Shown piece by piece: positions 49,240 through 62,983 of a DNA stretch of 64,000 nt. The translations under genes and the position numbers were made by a program. Under the pieces are notes generated by a model, which saw only the letters and a list, made by a program, of their open reading frames with translations, was not told where the DNA came from and searched no databases. Within the stretch, counting starts at the first letter, position 1; every line of letters begins with the position of its first letter. This stretch comes from the human T2T-CHM13v2.0 reference genome, Homo sapiens, in assembly GCF_009914755.1 (NCBI RefSeq), contig NC_060925.1. One strand, 5' to 3'.

Positions 49240-49650
49240 CCAGTTCACTTGTTCGACACAGAAGGCTAACAGACCACCAATATTCATGGTCTTCTACAGT
49301 ATAACATTTGCTGTCTCTCTCGTATCTAGATGGTGCTATGTGACTAATTCTGGTTAATGAAACATGATCAGAAGTGATAAGTGTCAATTACAGACTGTCA
49401 TTATTAAGTATACGTGCTCTGCTCTCATTTTTAATCAATTTAAAAACCTAGTTTTACAGATGGTAGGTTCACAAAATGAATGAAGCCTGAATTAGTGAGA
49501 GACATCATGTGAAAGAGAGCCACCCTGTTGAGCTACTTGATAAGAACATCAGCATTGGAATTTATATAAACAAAAAATAAAATTTATCATGGTAAACACT
49601 TTAATTTGCAGCTTGCTTCTTTAAAAAAGTTAGTCTACCTGAATAATAAA
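49240..49650 (+). mobile_element. MLT1J/K-like LTR
   Basis: gctatgtgactaattctggttaatgaaacatgatcagaagtga...aaataaaattt...ctacctgaataata. Confidence 0.65.
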
Positions 49651-49859
49651 GATGTCTAGACAATTTGGAGACTTTGGAGTCAATTTTCATTACACTATAA
49701 AATTGATCAATTATTAACAAGAAAGTTGTTCCTAAGGAACATCATAGGAATAAAAGACCTGTTCTTTGATATGAATTTCTCTAGCATCTTTCCTCTGTAT
49801 GTCAGGCTTCATTTCATAAAAGTTTTGAAAATTTATGTCTTCGTTACTAAGTATATATA

Positions 49860-50280
49860 TTCAGACTCTATCTTTTAGGAGCTCAGAGACATGTTAAAGA
49901 GATGCTGGAAGTACACACAAAGGGCATAGAAGAACAGAAGAGTTGAAATTTCAACCTTCTTTGGTGTATCAGGGAAGTTTTCATCTGATAGTTAATTTTT
50001 AAGCTAAAATCTATGAACAGGAGTTTGACAGATGGCCAAGAGGAGTGATAGATATTTCAGACAGATGGAACCATATGAAAAATGACAGAAAATTAGAAAA
50101 GGAATGGCATGGAGATAAGTTCAATAAGGATAAAGTCTGGAGTTCTGGTGGGTAGTACTGGGGAGGGGAAATAGAGAGGTAGAGAAGTGAAGGTATGGTT
50201 ATCAAATTAACTGGCTAGATTGGAGTCAGGGTTGTAAGATGGCATAAGTCTTACTAAAAAATTTATTTCCACAGACCTTA
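49860..50280 (-). mobile_element. L2 fragment
   Basis: ttaggagctcaga, tcagggaagttttc, gagtttgacagatgg and atttcagacagatggaacc. Confidence 0.6.
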
Positions 50281-52879
50281 TATAAGTTTCTTTTATAGTT
50301 CATGAAAGGTACTTCTGTAGCTACTTGGTCCATTTGTCTGTCTTCCAATATGAGATAATTCACATTAAAGGCTCTGAAATTATCACTTGTGTATTCATAA
50401 TGATACACACAATGCTTAGTTGCTCAGTAGATTAAAAATGTTGAATAACTATTTCTTCAAAAAATGGATTTGATGTGTCATACAACTGGATTTTGAAATA
50501 GTCTAAGTGATTATAGGAGTTGGAAAAGAGGGAAAACTGTTCAAATATGTACCCAAGTCCTCTTCAAAAGAAGGTGAAAACACTAGAGGCCTATCTACAT
50601 GACCTAAGATGATGGAAAGTAGGAGGGAACATGGTCATAAAATATATTTACAGAGGAAAGGCTATTTTAGGAAAAAATAAATACAAACCACAAAATTTCA
50701 GTGGAGCACTGGAAGACAACTGCTTTTCCTATTGTACCAGGAAATGTTGGGAGAAGAAAGGGCAGATTGGAAGGAAGAGGAGGATGGCCAACTCCTAACT
50801 GCTAGTTAAAAGTGAAGAGAGGTTCTGTGGACTTTTTGAGGTCACAGGCTAGATGAGTGTTCTAGGAAAAGAATGATATGTGAGAGAAACTCTTGTAAAT
50901 AGGACAGGAATTCCGGAGGATACAGTGGAAAATGTTAGTTAAAGGACAGTACAAGGAGTTAAAGCAAAGTACAGGGAGTGATAAAGTTCGATCCAATGGC
51001 AATGAGCATATTCTAGCAACACTTCTTGACTTTTCAAGAATAAATCATTTTGAAACCAACTGCATAACATATTACATCAAATGTCACCCTTGATCAGTGT
51101 GGAAACTTTGAAAACTTAATTGAAGACGGATTCGGTACATGATCCTCCATTATGTATATTGTTTTATTGTTTTGTGTGATTCTGGAAGATCAATGTTTCA
51201 CTTTATCTCTGTGGTTATGCTAGCACACTTGCACACCACAATGTGACTACTATGTCTTCACCATTAAACATGAGGCCCTTTGAAGACAAGGCATGTACTT
51301 CACTCACCATTACCTACTTTTCACATGAATAATGAAAGTTGATTCCTTAGGATTACTGATATTAAGAAAAGTTATGATTAAAAAGTAAACTCACACTTGC
51401 TTCAAGTCTCTGTGTCATTTATACAATGGAGATTAAAAAATTGAAGTATTTCAATTAATTTTATTGAAATGGAAATTTGAAATAATTTTTTAAAAAGATT
51501 CCTTGTTCATTTGTCTATAAATATATTATCATTTTCTGTACAGTGCTTGAAAATTTAGCCATGTTTATGAAATAATCACCATGAAATGAAACACCTGCTG
51601 CATTTTTTCTAAAGTACAGGGGAATGATAAGTCAACCAGATAATTCAATTGACCAATTTTTTTGACATCAGCAATGATAGATTCTTTTTTTCCCATGATG
51701 TTAGAAAGATGCTGATGAAGTATATATTTCTTTTGAAAATTTAAGACATGAAGTTCTTATAATCAACTAATATTATGAAAAGTGCATTTTCCTGTATTGC
51801 AAAGGCTCTTAAATTCAAAATTCGAGATAGCATGATTAATAAGAGAATTAATTGTGAATTTAGCCATGTCTTTTCAGAACTGACAGCTTTGCCTCTTCTA
51901 ATCAAGTACTTGGTTTCACTGCACTGTCAATCCAAAAAAAAAAAGATAAATAAAAGAGACAGTGTCCAGTTTCTATATTATTAATTTACAATACATGGCT
52001 AAAAGGTTTATATAAGAATCTTAAACAAAGGCAAAAAAACTCTGATTAAGCAGATTAGAAATAATTTATGGCAGATTATAATAAAATTGTATGATAACAA
52101 CTGACAATATTATGGAATTGATAGTGTTTTGTTATAAGTGAAAGTAGCCATAGATTCTCTCTCTTTTAAAGGCTGCAATGAGATCATTTAAATTAGATTG
52201 TCATGTGGCCAACTCACCATCTACAAGACTATAATCCTATCTAAATGTGCCACAATAGATATCACCATGTAATTATTAAATCAATAAACTAATTTCCCCC
52301 TCAAAAATAGAAATTATGTTAATTCTTATGATATAGTGCCAACAAATGTAAGTTTCTGCCTTAAATAATAAGTAATAGACAAATGATTAAATTATTTTAT
52401 CATTTTATTATTTTTACATTTACTCCTATAGTTCAGCAATTATATAGGACTGAATCTTGTTTCTAAGAAAGGAACAATTACAATTTAACTGCCTAATTAA
52501 ATGTTGATTCAGAGATTTTAGATTTGATAAATTATTATTACTATTTGTAGAATATAAGTAGTTCCTATATTTTTGAGTGTCAGTTTTATTCATTAACTCT
52601 TATTAAATAAGTACTTACTAAGTATTTACAAAAAATTTATTAAAATATATGGAAATAATAAATTGGCAGATAAATGTATTTCATTTTATGATTATTTCAT
52701 AAACATGGCTAAATTTTCATGCGCTGTGCAGAAAATGATAATATATTTATAGACAAATGAACAGCATACTAAAATATGGTGAGATTCACTATATTTGATT
52801 GTGTTATAGGAATCAAATATTTAAATTTTTTTTATGTTAAAAAAGAAGATATAAAGCAAGTGGCAACTTTTAAAACCTT

Positions 52880-53735
52880 TTTTAGATTTAGCATATATTT
52901 ATACAATCATCTAGATCAAGATTTTGAACATATTCAGCACCTCAGAATATTTTCTGGTGTCCCCTGGTGTCCTACTCATTAATTACCTACAAAGGTAGCT
53001 ACTATTCTGATTTATTTTTACGATATATTAGTTTTGCTTATTCTTGAACTTCATGTACATGAATTTATGTGATATGTACTCTTGTATCTGGCTTCTTTTT
53101 TTCAACATAATGTTTATGGGATTTCTCTTGTTGTTGCATATGGTAGTAATTTATTCATGTCATTGTTCCATAATTTTCTGTTTTGTTAATATGTCACATT
53201 TTATTTGTCAAGTTTGCTGACATCAGGCATTTGCTATTTGCAATTTGTCTTTAGCTATTACGAAAAAAAGTAGTCATGCGTATTCTCGCACTTTTTTTTT
53301 TATAGACAGAATTTTACTTTGTCACCCAGTTGGGAGTACAAAAAAATGATCACAGCTCATCACCATGTCTGGTTAATTTATCTATGTTTTTTGTAGAGGT
53401 GGGTTCTCACCATGTTGTCCAGGCTGACATTGAACTCCCGGCCTCAGGTCATCCTTCTGCCTTGTCCTCCTAAAGATTTGAAATTATAGGTGCAAGTCAC
53501 TGTCCCTGGCCTCTTGTACATATTTTTGATGAAGATATACACTTATTTCTGTTAAAAATACGCCAGGCAGTACAATTCCTGGGTCAGTTCATAACATAAA
53601 CCTATGATCAAGTTTTAGGTACTATGAAGTGATTTTCCAAAGTAGTTTCGCCAATTTATACTCTCACCACCTATATATAAAAGTTCCACTTATACCATCC
53701 TCTTGTTATTTCTTGCTATTATTAATCTCATTTTA
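52880..53735 (-). mobile_element. L1ME-type 3' region, interrupted by an Alu
   Basis: tagatcaagattttgaacatattcagcacctcagaa, tctggcttctttttttcaacataatgtt and ttttccaaagtagtttcgccaatttatactctcacc. Confidence 0.75.
53292..53511 (-). mobile_element. AluJ with internal deletion in the right arm
   Basis: gatcacagctca is joined directly to caccatgtctggttaatt; the left arm is complete. Confidence 0.85.
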
Positions 53736-53741
53736 AAAAAA

Positions 53742-54964
53742 ATTTTAACTTTTATTTTAGGTTTAAGAGTACATGTGCAGGTTTCTTATTTAGGTAAATT
53801 TGTGACTTAGGGATTTGGTGTACAAATTATTTTGTCATCCAGGTACTAAGTATAGTACCCAATAGTTTTTACTTCTTGTTTGTTTTTTTCCTGAACCACT
53901 ATCTCCTCCCACTCTCCACCCTCTGGTAGGCCTCAGTGTCTGTTGTTCTGTTCACCTTTGTGCCATGTGTTGTCATTGTTTAGCTTCCATTTATGAGTGA
54001 CATCATAGGGTATTTGGTTTTCTCTTCCTGCATTAGTTTGCTAAGAATAATGGCCTCCAGTTCCATCCATGTTCCTGCAAAGGACATAATCTCATTCATT
54101 TTTATGGCTACATAGTATTCCATGTTGTAGACATACCACATTTTGTTTATCTATTCTACCACTGATAGGCATTTATGTTAATTCCATGTCTTCGCTATTG
54201 TCAATAGTGCTGCAATAAACATGTGTATGCATGTGTCTTTATGGTATAATGATTTATAGTTCTTTGGGTATATGCTCAGTAGTGGGACTGCTGGGTCAAA
54301 TGGTAGTTCTGTTTTTAGTTCTTTAAAGAATCGCCACAGAGCTTTCACTAATGGTTGACTAATTTAAACTTCCGCCACAGTGTATACACGTTCCCTTTTC
54401 TCTGCAACCTTGTCAGCATCTGTTATTTGTTGACTTTTCAATAATAGCCATTCTGACTTGCTTGAGATGGTATCCTGTTGTGGTTTTGATTTGCAACTCT
54501 CCAATGATCAGCGATATTGAGCTTTTTTTCATATGCTTGTTGGCTACATTTTTGTCCTCTTTTAAAAAGTGTCTGTTCATGTAATTTGACCACTTTTTAA
54601 TAGAGTTGTTTGTTTTCTGCTTGTACATTTGTTTAAATTCCTTATAGATTCTGAATATTAAGCCTTTCTCAGATGTATAATCTGCAAATATTCTCTCCCA
54701 TTCTGCAGGTTGCCTGTTTACTCTGTTGACAGCTTCTTTTGCTATGCAGAAGTTCTTCAGTTTAATTCAGTACCATTCGCCAATTTTGGCTTTTGTTGCA
54801 ATTGCTTTTGGCATTTTCATAATGCAATCTTGGCCAATTTGTACATCCAAGATGTTATTCCTAGGTTATCTTCCAAGGTTTTTATAGTTTTAAGATCGAC
54901 ATTTAGGTCTTTAATCCATCTGGAGTTGATTTTTTTATATGGTGTAAAAACGGAGTCCAGTTTC
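53742..54964 (-). mobile_element. L1PA14-16-like 3' fragment (about 1.2 kb)
   Basis: aacttttattttaggtttaagagtacatgtgcagg 3'UTR; ORF2 C-terminal remnants (54413..54628). Confidence 0.9.
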
Positions 54965-55175
54965 TTCTAATTGTATACTGGTATTTCGTTGACAATTATT
55001 TTTACACAGGAAAAGTAAGCCTCAGGAAAAAAAAAGTAATCTGAGAAAAATGACAATTTATGTTTTTATAATATCATAATTGTTTTAAAATATCCCAAAG
55101 AGTGTAGGCAGCAAAATCATAAACTATACATATTATTTATATTTTGAATGCAAAAACAAAATATTTTCTATTGAG

Positions 55176-55966
55176 TTTTTTTTTTATTATACTTTAAGTT
55201 CTGGGATACATGTGCAGAATGTACAGGTTTGTTACATAAGTTTACATGTGCCATGGTGGTTTGCTGTACCCATCAACCTGTCATCTACATTAGGTATTTC
55301 TCCTAATGCTATCCCTCCCCTAGCCCCCCAACCCTGACAGGCCCTGGTATGTGATGTTCCCCTCCTTCTGTCCATGTGTTCTCATTGTTCAACTCTCACT
55401 TATGAGTGAGAACATGTGGCGTTTGGTTTTCTGTTCCTGTGTCAGTTTGCTGGGAATGATGGTTTCCAGCTTCACCCATGTCCCTGCAAAGGACGTGAAC
55501 TCATTCTTTTTTATGGCTGCATAGTAGTCCATGGTATATATGTGCCACATTTTCTTTATCCATTCTATCATTGATGGACATTTGGGTTGGTTCCAAGTCT
55601 TTGCTATTGTGAATAGTGCCACAATAAACATACGTGTGCATGTGTCTTTATAGTAGAATGATTTATAATCCTTTGGGTATATACCCAGTAATGGGATTAC
55701 TGGGTCAAATGGTATTTCTGGTTCTAGATCCTTGAGGAATCATCACACTGACTTCCACAATGGTTGAACTAATTTACACTCTCACCAACAGTGTAAAAGC
55801 ATTTTTGTTTCTCCACATTCTCTCCAGCATCTATTGTTTCCTGACTTTTTAATGATCGTCATTCTAACTGGCATGAGATGGTATCTCATTGTGGTTTTGA
55901 TTTGCATTTCTCTAATGACCAGTGACAATGGGCTTTTTTTCATATGTTTGTTGGTCACATAAATGT
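55176..55966 (-). mobile_element. L1PA7/8-like 3' fragment (about 0.8 kb)
   Basis: ttattatactttaagttctgggatacatgtgcagaa; ORF2 C-terminus MFIVALFTIAKTWNQPKCP (55389..55631). Confidence 0.93.
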
Positions 55967-57720
55967 ACTACTACCCCTTTTGTACTCCTTGTTTGAAACT
56001 GCTTGAGAAATAAAATCCAAGATACAGACAATTAAAAAAGTAATTGTCATTTTATCATATGGCTAAAGCTATTTGAACACTATGGCTCTAGATTTGCAAC
56101 CACATCCCTCACCATATTTAGACAGTTATGCCCATTGATGTAGATGATCACATATCTCTCTAAGAGACAGAATCTGCCCACCTCTCTGCCTGAAAGAAAG
56201 CTGATTAAATACATTCTCACTTCAGGATACTTTTTCAGCAGGCCCTGAACAAGAACAAGAAATAAAACAAAAAACAAAAAGGAATGGGCTCAGCATACTC
56301 TTTACTTCTTCCAAGAGTAACAATTGGATAATTACAAAGAAGTGGAGAGAGTAGAGAGTGGAAAAATTTTCTGGGAGTATTGGGAGTACTAGCATACATG
56401 AAGTCTCACCACACGGCTACACAAAGCCAGAGAAATTTCTTCCTCCTATAATTTCCTAAAAGGGCTACTTCTTCATAATACAGCATTATTTAAACAACTG
56501 CTCTTTGCATTATCAAAGTACGTTCTTATGTGTACACTTTTGATAAAGATAAGCCTTTGCAAGATAAATTGTCATTTTTTAAGTTGGCAGACTGATCATT
56601 ATACCTACTTCTTTTCTTGCAGAAAATAAGAGGTTTATTATTTGAAGAGATTCAATCAGAGAGAACTTGGACCCAAGGGCCCAAGACACAGTTGAGGTAG
56701 AAATATCATATGAAAAGTAGTAGTATTAAATAAAAGACTACATATTAAATAAAGAAATCTCTAGCATTTTAACTTCATTCAATGCACAGCAAGCCAGGCT
56801 TCTCCCTTTTATATAGAAGGTTGGTGCCTATGTAGGAAAATGGAGAACCAAGAGTAAAGGCCTACAGCCATTTCATTCTGTAATGAACTTCATGACTCAA
56901 CAAGTCCAGCCAATATAAACCTAGATTCCCGTTAGGTTTTTACTTATTCTGACAATCTCCTTTAAGCTATTTAAGTTTAACATGTTGTTATGATTGGATT
57001 TAGGCTTATTGTTTGTTTCTTGTTTAGACTTTCTTTTTTGTTCTTTTGCTATCTTCAGGTTAAATAACTATTCTTTTTAAGTAATTTCATTATAATTTAT
57101 GTATTGGCTTTTTGCTGCAACTTTCTGCAGACTTTTTTCTTTAGTGTTTGCTGTAGGATTATAATGTATAGCTTTTATAGCCCACTTAGTGTTGCTATTA
57201 CATTATTGAAAATAAATTGTAAGAATTTCACAAATCAGTAAGTATATTTACCACCACCACCATCATTTATGATCTAGTTTTTATTTGTATTATATCTATA
57301 TTTGTTGTAAACCTCATAAAACAAATAGTTTTTTCTTTAATCATATGCATTTTAAATAAATTAAGAGGAAAAAGTATTTTATATCTATTTATATAATTAC
57401 AATTTCTGGTTATCTTCATTCTTTCCTGAGGATGTTTCCACCTGGTATCAGATCCCTACAGAATGAAGAATCTCTTTTCATTTCTTATTTATTTATGTAT
57501 TTATTTATTTTTATTATACTTTCAGTTCTGAGATAAATGTGCAGTACCTGCAGGTTTGTTACATAAGTATACATGTGCCATGCTGGTTTGCTTCACCTAT
57601 CAACCCGTCATCTAGGTTTTAAACTCCGCATGCATTAGATATTTGTCCTAATGGTCTCCATCCCTTTGCCCCCCATCCACTGACAGGCCCCAGTGTGTGC
57701 TGGCCATGTGTTCTCATTGT

Positions 57721-60611
57721 TCAAATCCCACTTTTGACTGAGAACATGCGGTGTTTGGTTTTCTGTTCCTGTGTTAGTTTGTTGAGAATGATGGCTTCCA
57801 GGTTCATCCATGTCCCTGCAAAAAACACGAACTCACTCTGTTTTATGGCTGCATATATTCCATGGTGTATATGTGCCACATTTTCTTTATCCAGTCTATC
57901 ATTGATGGGCATTTGGGTTGGCTCCAAGTCTTTGCCATAGTAAATAGTGCTGCAATAAACATATGTGTGCATGTGTCTTTATAGTAGAATGATTTATAAT
58001 CCTTTGAGTATATACCCAGTAATCGGATTGCTGGGTCAAATGGTATTTCTGGTTCTAGATCCTTGAGGAATTGCCACACTGTCTTCCACAATGGTTGAAT
58101 TAAATTACACTCTCACCAACAGTGTAAAAGTGTTCCTATTTCTCCACAGCCTCACCAGCATCTGTTGTTTCCTGACTTTTTAATGGTCACCGTGCTAACT
58201 GGTATGAGATGGTATCTCATTGTGGTTTTGATTTGCATTTCTCTAATGACCAGTGATGATGAGCTTTTTTTCATATGTTTGTTGGCTGCATAAATGTCTT
58301 CTTTGGAGAAGTGTCTGTTCATAGACTTTGTGCACGTTTTGATGGAGTTGATTGTTTTTTCTTTTAAATTTGTTTAAGTTCTTTATAGATTCTGGATATT
58401 AGACCTTTGTCAGATGGGTAGATTGCAAAAATTTTCTCCCATTCTGTAGGTTGCCTGTTCACTCTGATAATAGCTTCTTTTGTAGTGCAGAAGCTCTTTA
58501 GTTTGATTAGATCCAATTTGTCAATTTTGGCTTTTGTTGCAATTGCTTTTGGTGTTTTAGTTATGAAGTCTTTGCCCATACCTAAGTACTGAATGGTATT
58601 GCCTAAGTTTTGTTCTAGGGTTTTTATACTTTTGGGTATTACATTTAAGTCTTTAATCCATCTTGAGTTAATTTTTGTATAAGGTATAAGGTAGGGGTCC
58701 AGTTTCAGTTTTTGGCATATGGCTAGCCAGTTTTCCCAACACAATTTATTAAAAAGGGAATCCTTTCTCCATTGCTTGTTTTTGTCAAGTTTGTCAAAGA
58801 TCAGATCATTTTAGATGTATGATGATATTTCTGAGGTCTCTGTTCCATTCCATTGGTCTGTATATCTCTTTTGATACCACTACCATGCTGTTTTGGTTAC
58901 TCTAGCCTTGTAGGATAGTTTGAAGTCAGGTAGTGTGATGCCTCCAGCTTTTTTTTTTCTTTTTTTTCTTTTTTTGTTGTTGTTGCTGTTGTTGTTGTTT
59001 GTTTGTTTTTGCCAAGAATTGTCTTGGCTACATGGGCTCTTTTTTGGTTACCTATGAAATTAAATTTAAAGTAGTTTTTTTCTTTTATTATTATTCTGCA
59101 AAGAAAGTCATGGGTAGCTTGATGGGAATAGCATTGAATCTATAAATTGCTTTAAGCAGTATGGTCATTTTCACGATATTGATTCTTCCTATCCATGAGC
59201 ATGGAATGGTTTTCCATTTGTTTGTGTCCTCTCTTGTTTTCTTGAGCAGTGGTTTGTAGTTCTCCTTGAAGAGGTCCTTCACATTCCTTGTGAGTTGTAT
59301 TCTTAGGTATTTTATTCTCTTTGTAGCAATTGTGAATGGGAGTTCACTCATGATTTGGCTCTCTGATTGTGTATTGTAGGTGTATGGGAATGCTTGTGCT
59401 TTTTGCACATTGACTTTGTATCCTGAGACTTTGCTGAAATTGCTTATCAGCTTAAGGTGTTTCGGGGGTGAGATGATGAGGTTTTCTAAATATACAATCC
59501 TGTCATCTGCAAACAGAGACAATTTGACTTCCTCTCTTCCTATCTGAATACCATTAATTTCTTTCTCTTGCCTGATTGCCCTGGACAGGACTTCCAATAC
59601 TATTTTGAATAGGAGTGGTGAGAGAGGGCATCCTTGTCTTGTGCCAGTTTTCAAAGGTAATGCTTCCAGCTTTTGCCCATTCAGTCTAATATTGGCTATG
59701 GGTTTGTCATAAATAGCTCTTATTATTTTGAGATATGTTCCATCAATACCTAGCTTGTTGAGAGTTTTTACCGTAAAAGGATGCTGAATTTTATCGAAGA
59801 CCTTTTCTGCATCTACTGAGATAATCATGCGGTTGTCCAATTTCAATGTAGTTGTGTGGTTTTGAGTGAGTTTCTTGATCCTGAGTTGTAATTTGATTGC
59901 ATTTGGTCTGAGAGATTGTTCGTTATGATTTCCATTATTTTGCATTTGCTGAGGAGTGTTTTGCTTCCAATTTTGTGGTCAATATTAGAATATGTGCTAT
60001 GTGGCATTGAAAAGAATGTATATTCTCTTGATTTAGGGTGGAGGATTTTACAGATGTCTATTAAGTCTGCTTGGTCCAGAGCTGAGTTCAAGTCCCGAAC
60101 ATCCTTGTTAATTTTCTGTCTTGTTGATCTGTCTAATATTAACAGTGGGGTGTTAAAGTCTCCCACTACTATTGTGTGGGAGTCTAAGTCTCTTTGTAGG
60201 TCTCTAAGAACTTGTTTTATGAATCTGGGTGCTCCACTATTGAGTGCATATATATTTAGGATAGTTAGCTCTTCTTGTTGCATTGATCCCTTTAATATTA
60301 TGTGATGCCCTTTGTCTTTTTTTGTCTTTGCTGGTTTAAAGTCCCTTTATCTGAGACTAGCATTGCAATTCTTGCTGTTTTTTTTTTTTTTTTTTTTTTT
60401 TTTGCTTGCAATTTGCTTGGTAAATATTCCTTGATTCCTTTATTTTGAGCCTATGTGTGTCTTTGCACATGAGATGGGTCTCCTGAATACAGCACACTGA
60501 TAGGGCTTGACTCTTTATCCAGTTTGCCAGTCTGTGGCTTTTAATTGGGGCATTTAGCTCATTTACATTTAGGGTTACTATTGTTATGTGTGAATGTGAT
60601 CCTGTCATCAT
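57721..60611 (-). pseudogene. L1 ORF2p (endonuclease/reverse transcriptase) remnant
   Basis: MTGSHSHITIVTLNVN start, [20 protein letters not shown] and LFADD motifs; frameshifted, with about 1 kb missing. Confidence 0.92.
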
Positions 60612-60679
60612 GCTGCTACCTGGCTATTTTGCACACTAGTGGATACAGTTTCTTCATAGTGCCATTGGTCTTTATATTT

Positions 60680-61690
60680 TGATGTGTTTTTGCAGTGGCT
60701 GGTATCAGTTTTTATTTTCCATATTTAGGGCTCCCTTCATGTGCTCTTATGAGGCAGGCCTGATGGTGACAAAATCCCTCAGCATTTGCTAGTAAAGATT
60801 GTATTTCTCCTTCTCTTATGAGGCTTAGTTTGGCTGGATATGAAATTCTGGGTTGAAAATTCTTTTCTTTAAGAATGTTGAATATTGGCCTCCACTCTCT
60901 TCTGTCTTATAGGGTTTCTGCAGAGAGATCCACTGTTAGTCTGATGGGCTTCCCTTTGTGGGTAACCCGACCTTTCTCGCTGGCTGCCCTTAACATTTTT
61001 TCCTTCATTTCAACTTTGGAGAATCTGACGATTATGTGTCTTGGGGTTGCTCTTCTCAAGGAATATGTTTGTGGTGTCCTCTGTATTTCCTGAATTTGAA
61101 TGTTGGCCTGTCTTGCCAGGTTAGGGAAGTTCTCCTGGATAATACCCTGAAGTATGTTTTCCAACTTGGTTCCATTCTCCCCATCACTTTCAGGTACACC
61201 AATCAATTGTAGGTTTGGTCTTTTCATATAGTCCCATATTTCTTGGAGGCTTTCTTCGTTCTTTTTCATTTTTTTTCTCTAATCTTGTCTTCATACCTTA
61301 TTTGAAATAAGTTGGTCTTCAATCTGATATCCTTTCTTCTGCTTGATTGATTCAGCTGTTGATACTTGTTTATGCTTCACAATGTTCTCATGCTGTGTTT
61401 TTCAGCTCCATCAGGTCATTTATGTTCCTCTCTAAACAGGTTATTCCAGTAAGCTGTTCTTTTACCAAGATTTTTATCAAGGCTCATAGCTTCTTTGCTT
61501 TGGGTTAGAACATGCTCCTTTAGCTCAGAGGAGTTGGTTATTACCCACCTTCTGAAGGCTGCTTTTGTCAGTTCGTCAATCTCATTCTCCATCCAGTTTT
61601 GTGCCCTTGCTAGAAAGAAGTTGTGATCATTTGGAGAAGAGGCACTCTGGTTTTGGGAATTTTCAGCATTTTGCACTGGTTTTTCCTCAT
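60680..61690 (-). pseudogene. L1 ORF1p remnant
   Basis: ATG at 61690 (MRKNQ); KNEESLQEIWDYMKRPNL...RATPRHIIVRF motifs; frameshifted. Confidence 0.9.
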
Positions 61691-61832
61691 CTTCACCTCT
61701 TCTGCATGTCTGCTGGAGTTTTCTGGAGGTCCACTACAGACCCACTTCACCTGGGTATCATCAGTGGAGGCTGCAGAACAGCAAAGATTGCTGCCTGCTC
61801 CTTCCTCTGGAAGTTTCTCCCAATTTATTTAT

Positions 61833-62421
61833 TTTTTGAGATGAGGTCTCACTCTGTAACCCAGGCTGGAGTGCAGTGGTGCAATCTTGGCTCACTGCCG
61901 CCTGGACCTCCTAGGCTCAAATGATTCTCCCAATCACCTCAGCTTCCTGTAGCTAAGACTACAGGGTTGCACCATTACATCCAGCTAATTTTTTTTTTTT
62001 TTTTGAGACGGAGTCTCGCTCTGTCACCCAGGCTGAAGTGCAGTGGCGATTTCGGCTCACTGCAAGCTCTGCCTCCCAGGTTCACACCATTCTTCTGCCT
62101 CAGCCTCCCAAGTAGCTGGGACTACAGGCGCCCGCCACCATGCCCAGCTGATTTTTTTGTATTTTTAGTAGAGACGGGGTTTCACTGTGTTAGCCAGGAT
62201 GGTCTTGATCTCCTAACCTTGTGATCCTCCTGCCTCAGCCTCCCAAAGTGCTGGGATTAAAGGCGTGAGCCACCATGCCCGGCCACTAATTTATTAATTT
62301 TTGTAGAGACAGGGTCTCACTGGGTTACCCAGGCTGGTCTCAAAATCCTGGCCTCAAGTGATCCTCCAGGCCTGGGCACTATAAGTGCTGGGATTATAGG
62401 TGTGAGCCATCATACCCAGCT
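61833..62421 (-). mobile_element. AluJ split by an AluY (pieces 61833-61991 and 62285-62421)
   Basis: Right arm lies before and left arm after the AluY; J-type gagacagggtctcact. Confidence 0.88.
61992..62284 (-). mobile_element. AluY
   Basis: Diagnostic caagctc, ttcacaccattc and ttagccaggatggtcttgatctcc; flanked by ctaattt at 61985 and 62286. Confidence 0.92.
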
Positions 62422-62641
62422 TAAGAATCTTTTAGTACAGGTCTGCTGGCAATCAATTTTCTTAGTTTTGATTTATTTAAAAATGCCTTATTTTGCTTTT
62501 ACATTTGAAGGATGTATTTCCCAATATATAGTTTTTTTCTTTCTTTTAGTCCTCAAGAAGTAGTTTCATGATCTTCTGAATTCCAATGTTTCTAATGAGA
62601 AATACCCACTTTTGAAATTGTTTATTATTATTTTTTCAAGC

Positions 62642-62983
62642 TTTTTTTTTTTAACTTTTACTTTAAATCCAGCAGTACAAGTGCATGTTTGTTACATAGG
62701 TAAACTTGTGTCATGGGGGTTTGTTGTACAGCTTATTTCCTCACTTAGGTATTAAGCCCAGTACCCATTAGTTATTTTTCCTAATTCTCTCCTTCCTCCC
62801 ACCCTCCACCCTCTCAAAGGCCCCAGTGTGTGTTATTCCCCTCTACAGTTAGCTCTCACTTATAAGTGAGAACATGCGGTATATGGTTTCTGTTCCTGTA
62901 TTAGTTTGCTAAGGATAATGGCCTCCAGCTCCACCCATGCTCCTGCAAAGAACAAAATCTCATTCTTTTTATGGCTGCATAGT
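62642..62983 (-). mobile_element. L1PA13-like short 3' fragment
   Basis: ttaacttttactttaa...gttacataggtaaacttgtgtcatgggggtttgttgtacag. Confidence 0.88.

Larger units (their letters stand above)
57487..61822 (-). mobile_element. L1PA8-like, 5'-truncated in the 5'UTR, with internal deletions
   Basis: Continuous 3'UTR, ORF2, ORF1 and partial 5'UTR. ORF track shows EN (60357..60611, 59843..60283), RT (59091..59945) and ORF1 (60907..61269, 61416..61676). Confidence 0.95.

Noticed and set aside
58949-59010. T/(GTT)n tract in L1 as a separate insertion tail
   Set aside because: L1 sequence is continuous on both sides; this is a simple expansion of an internal T-rich motif.
61680-61822. Spliced L1 (SpIRE) origin of the L1PA8 5' end
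   Set aside because: No L1 first-exon sequence is attached and the deletion ends are not GT-AG.
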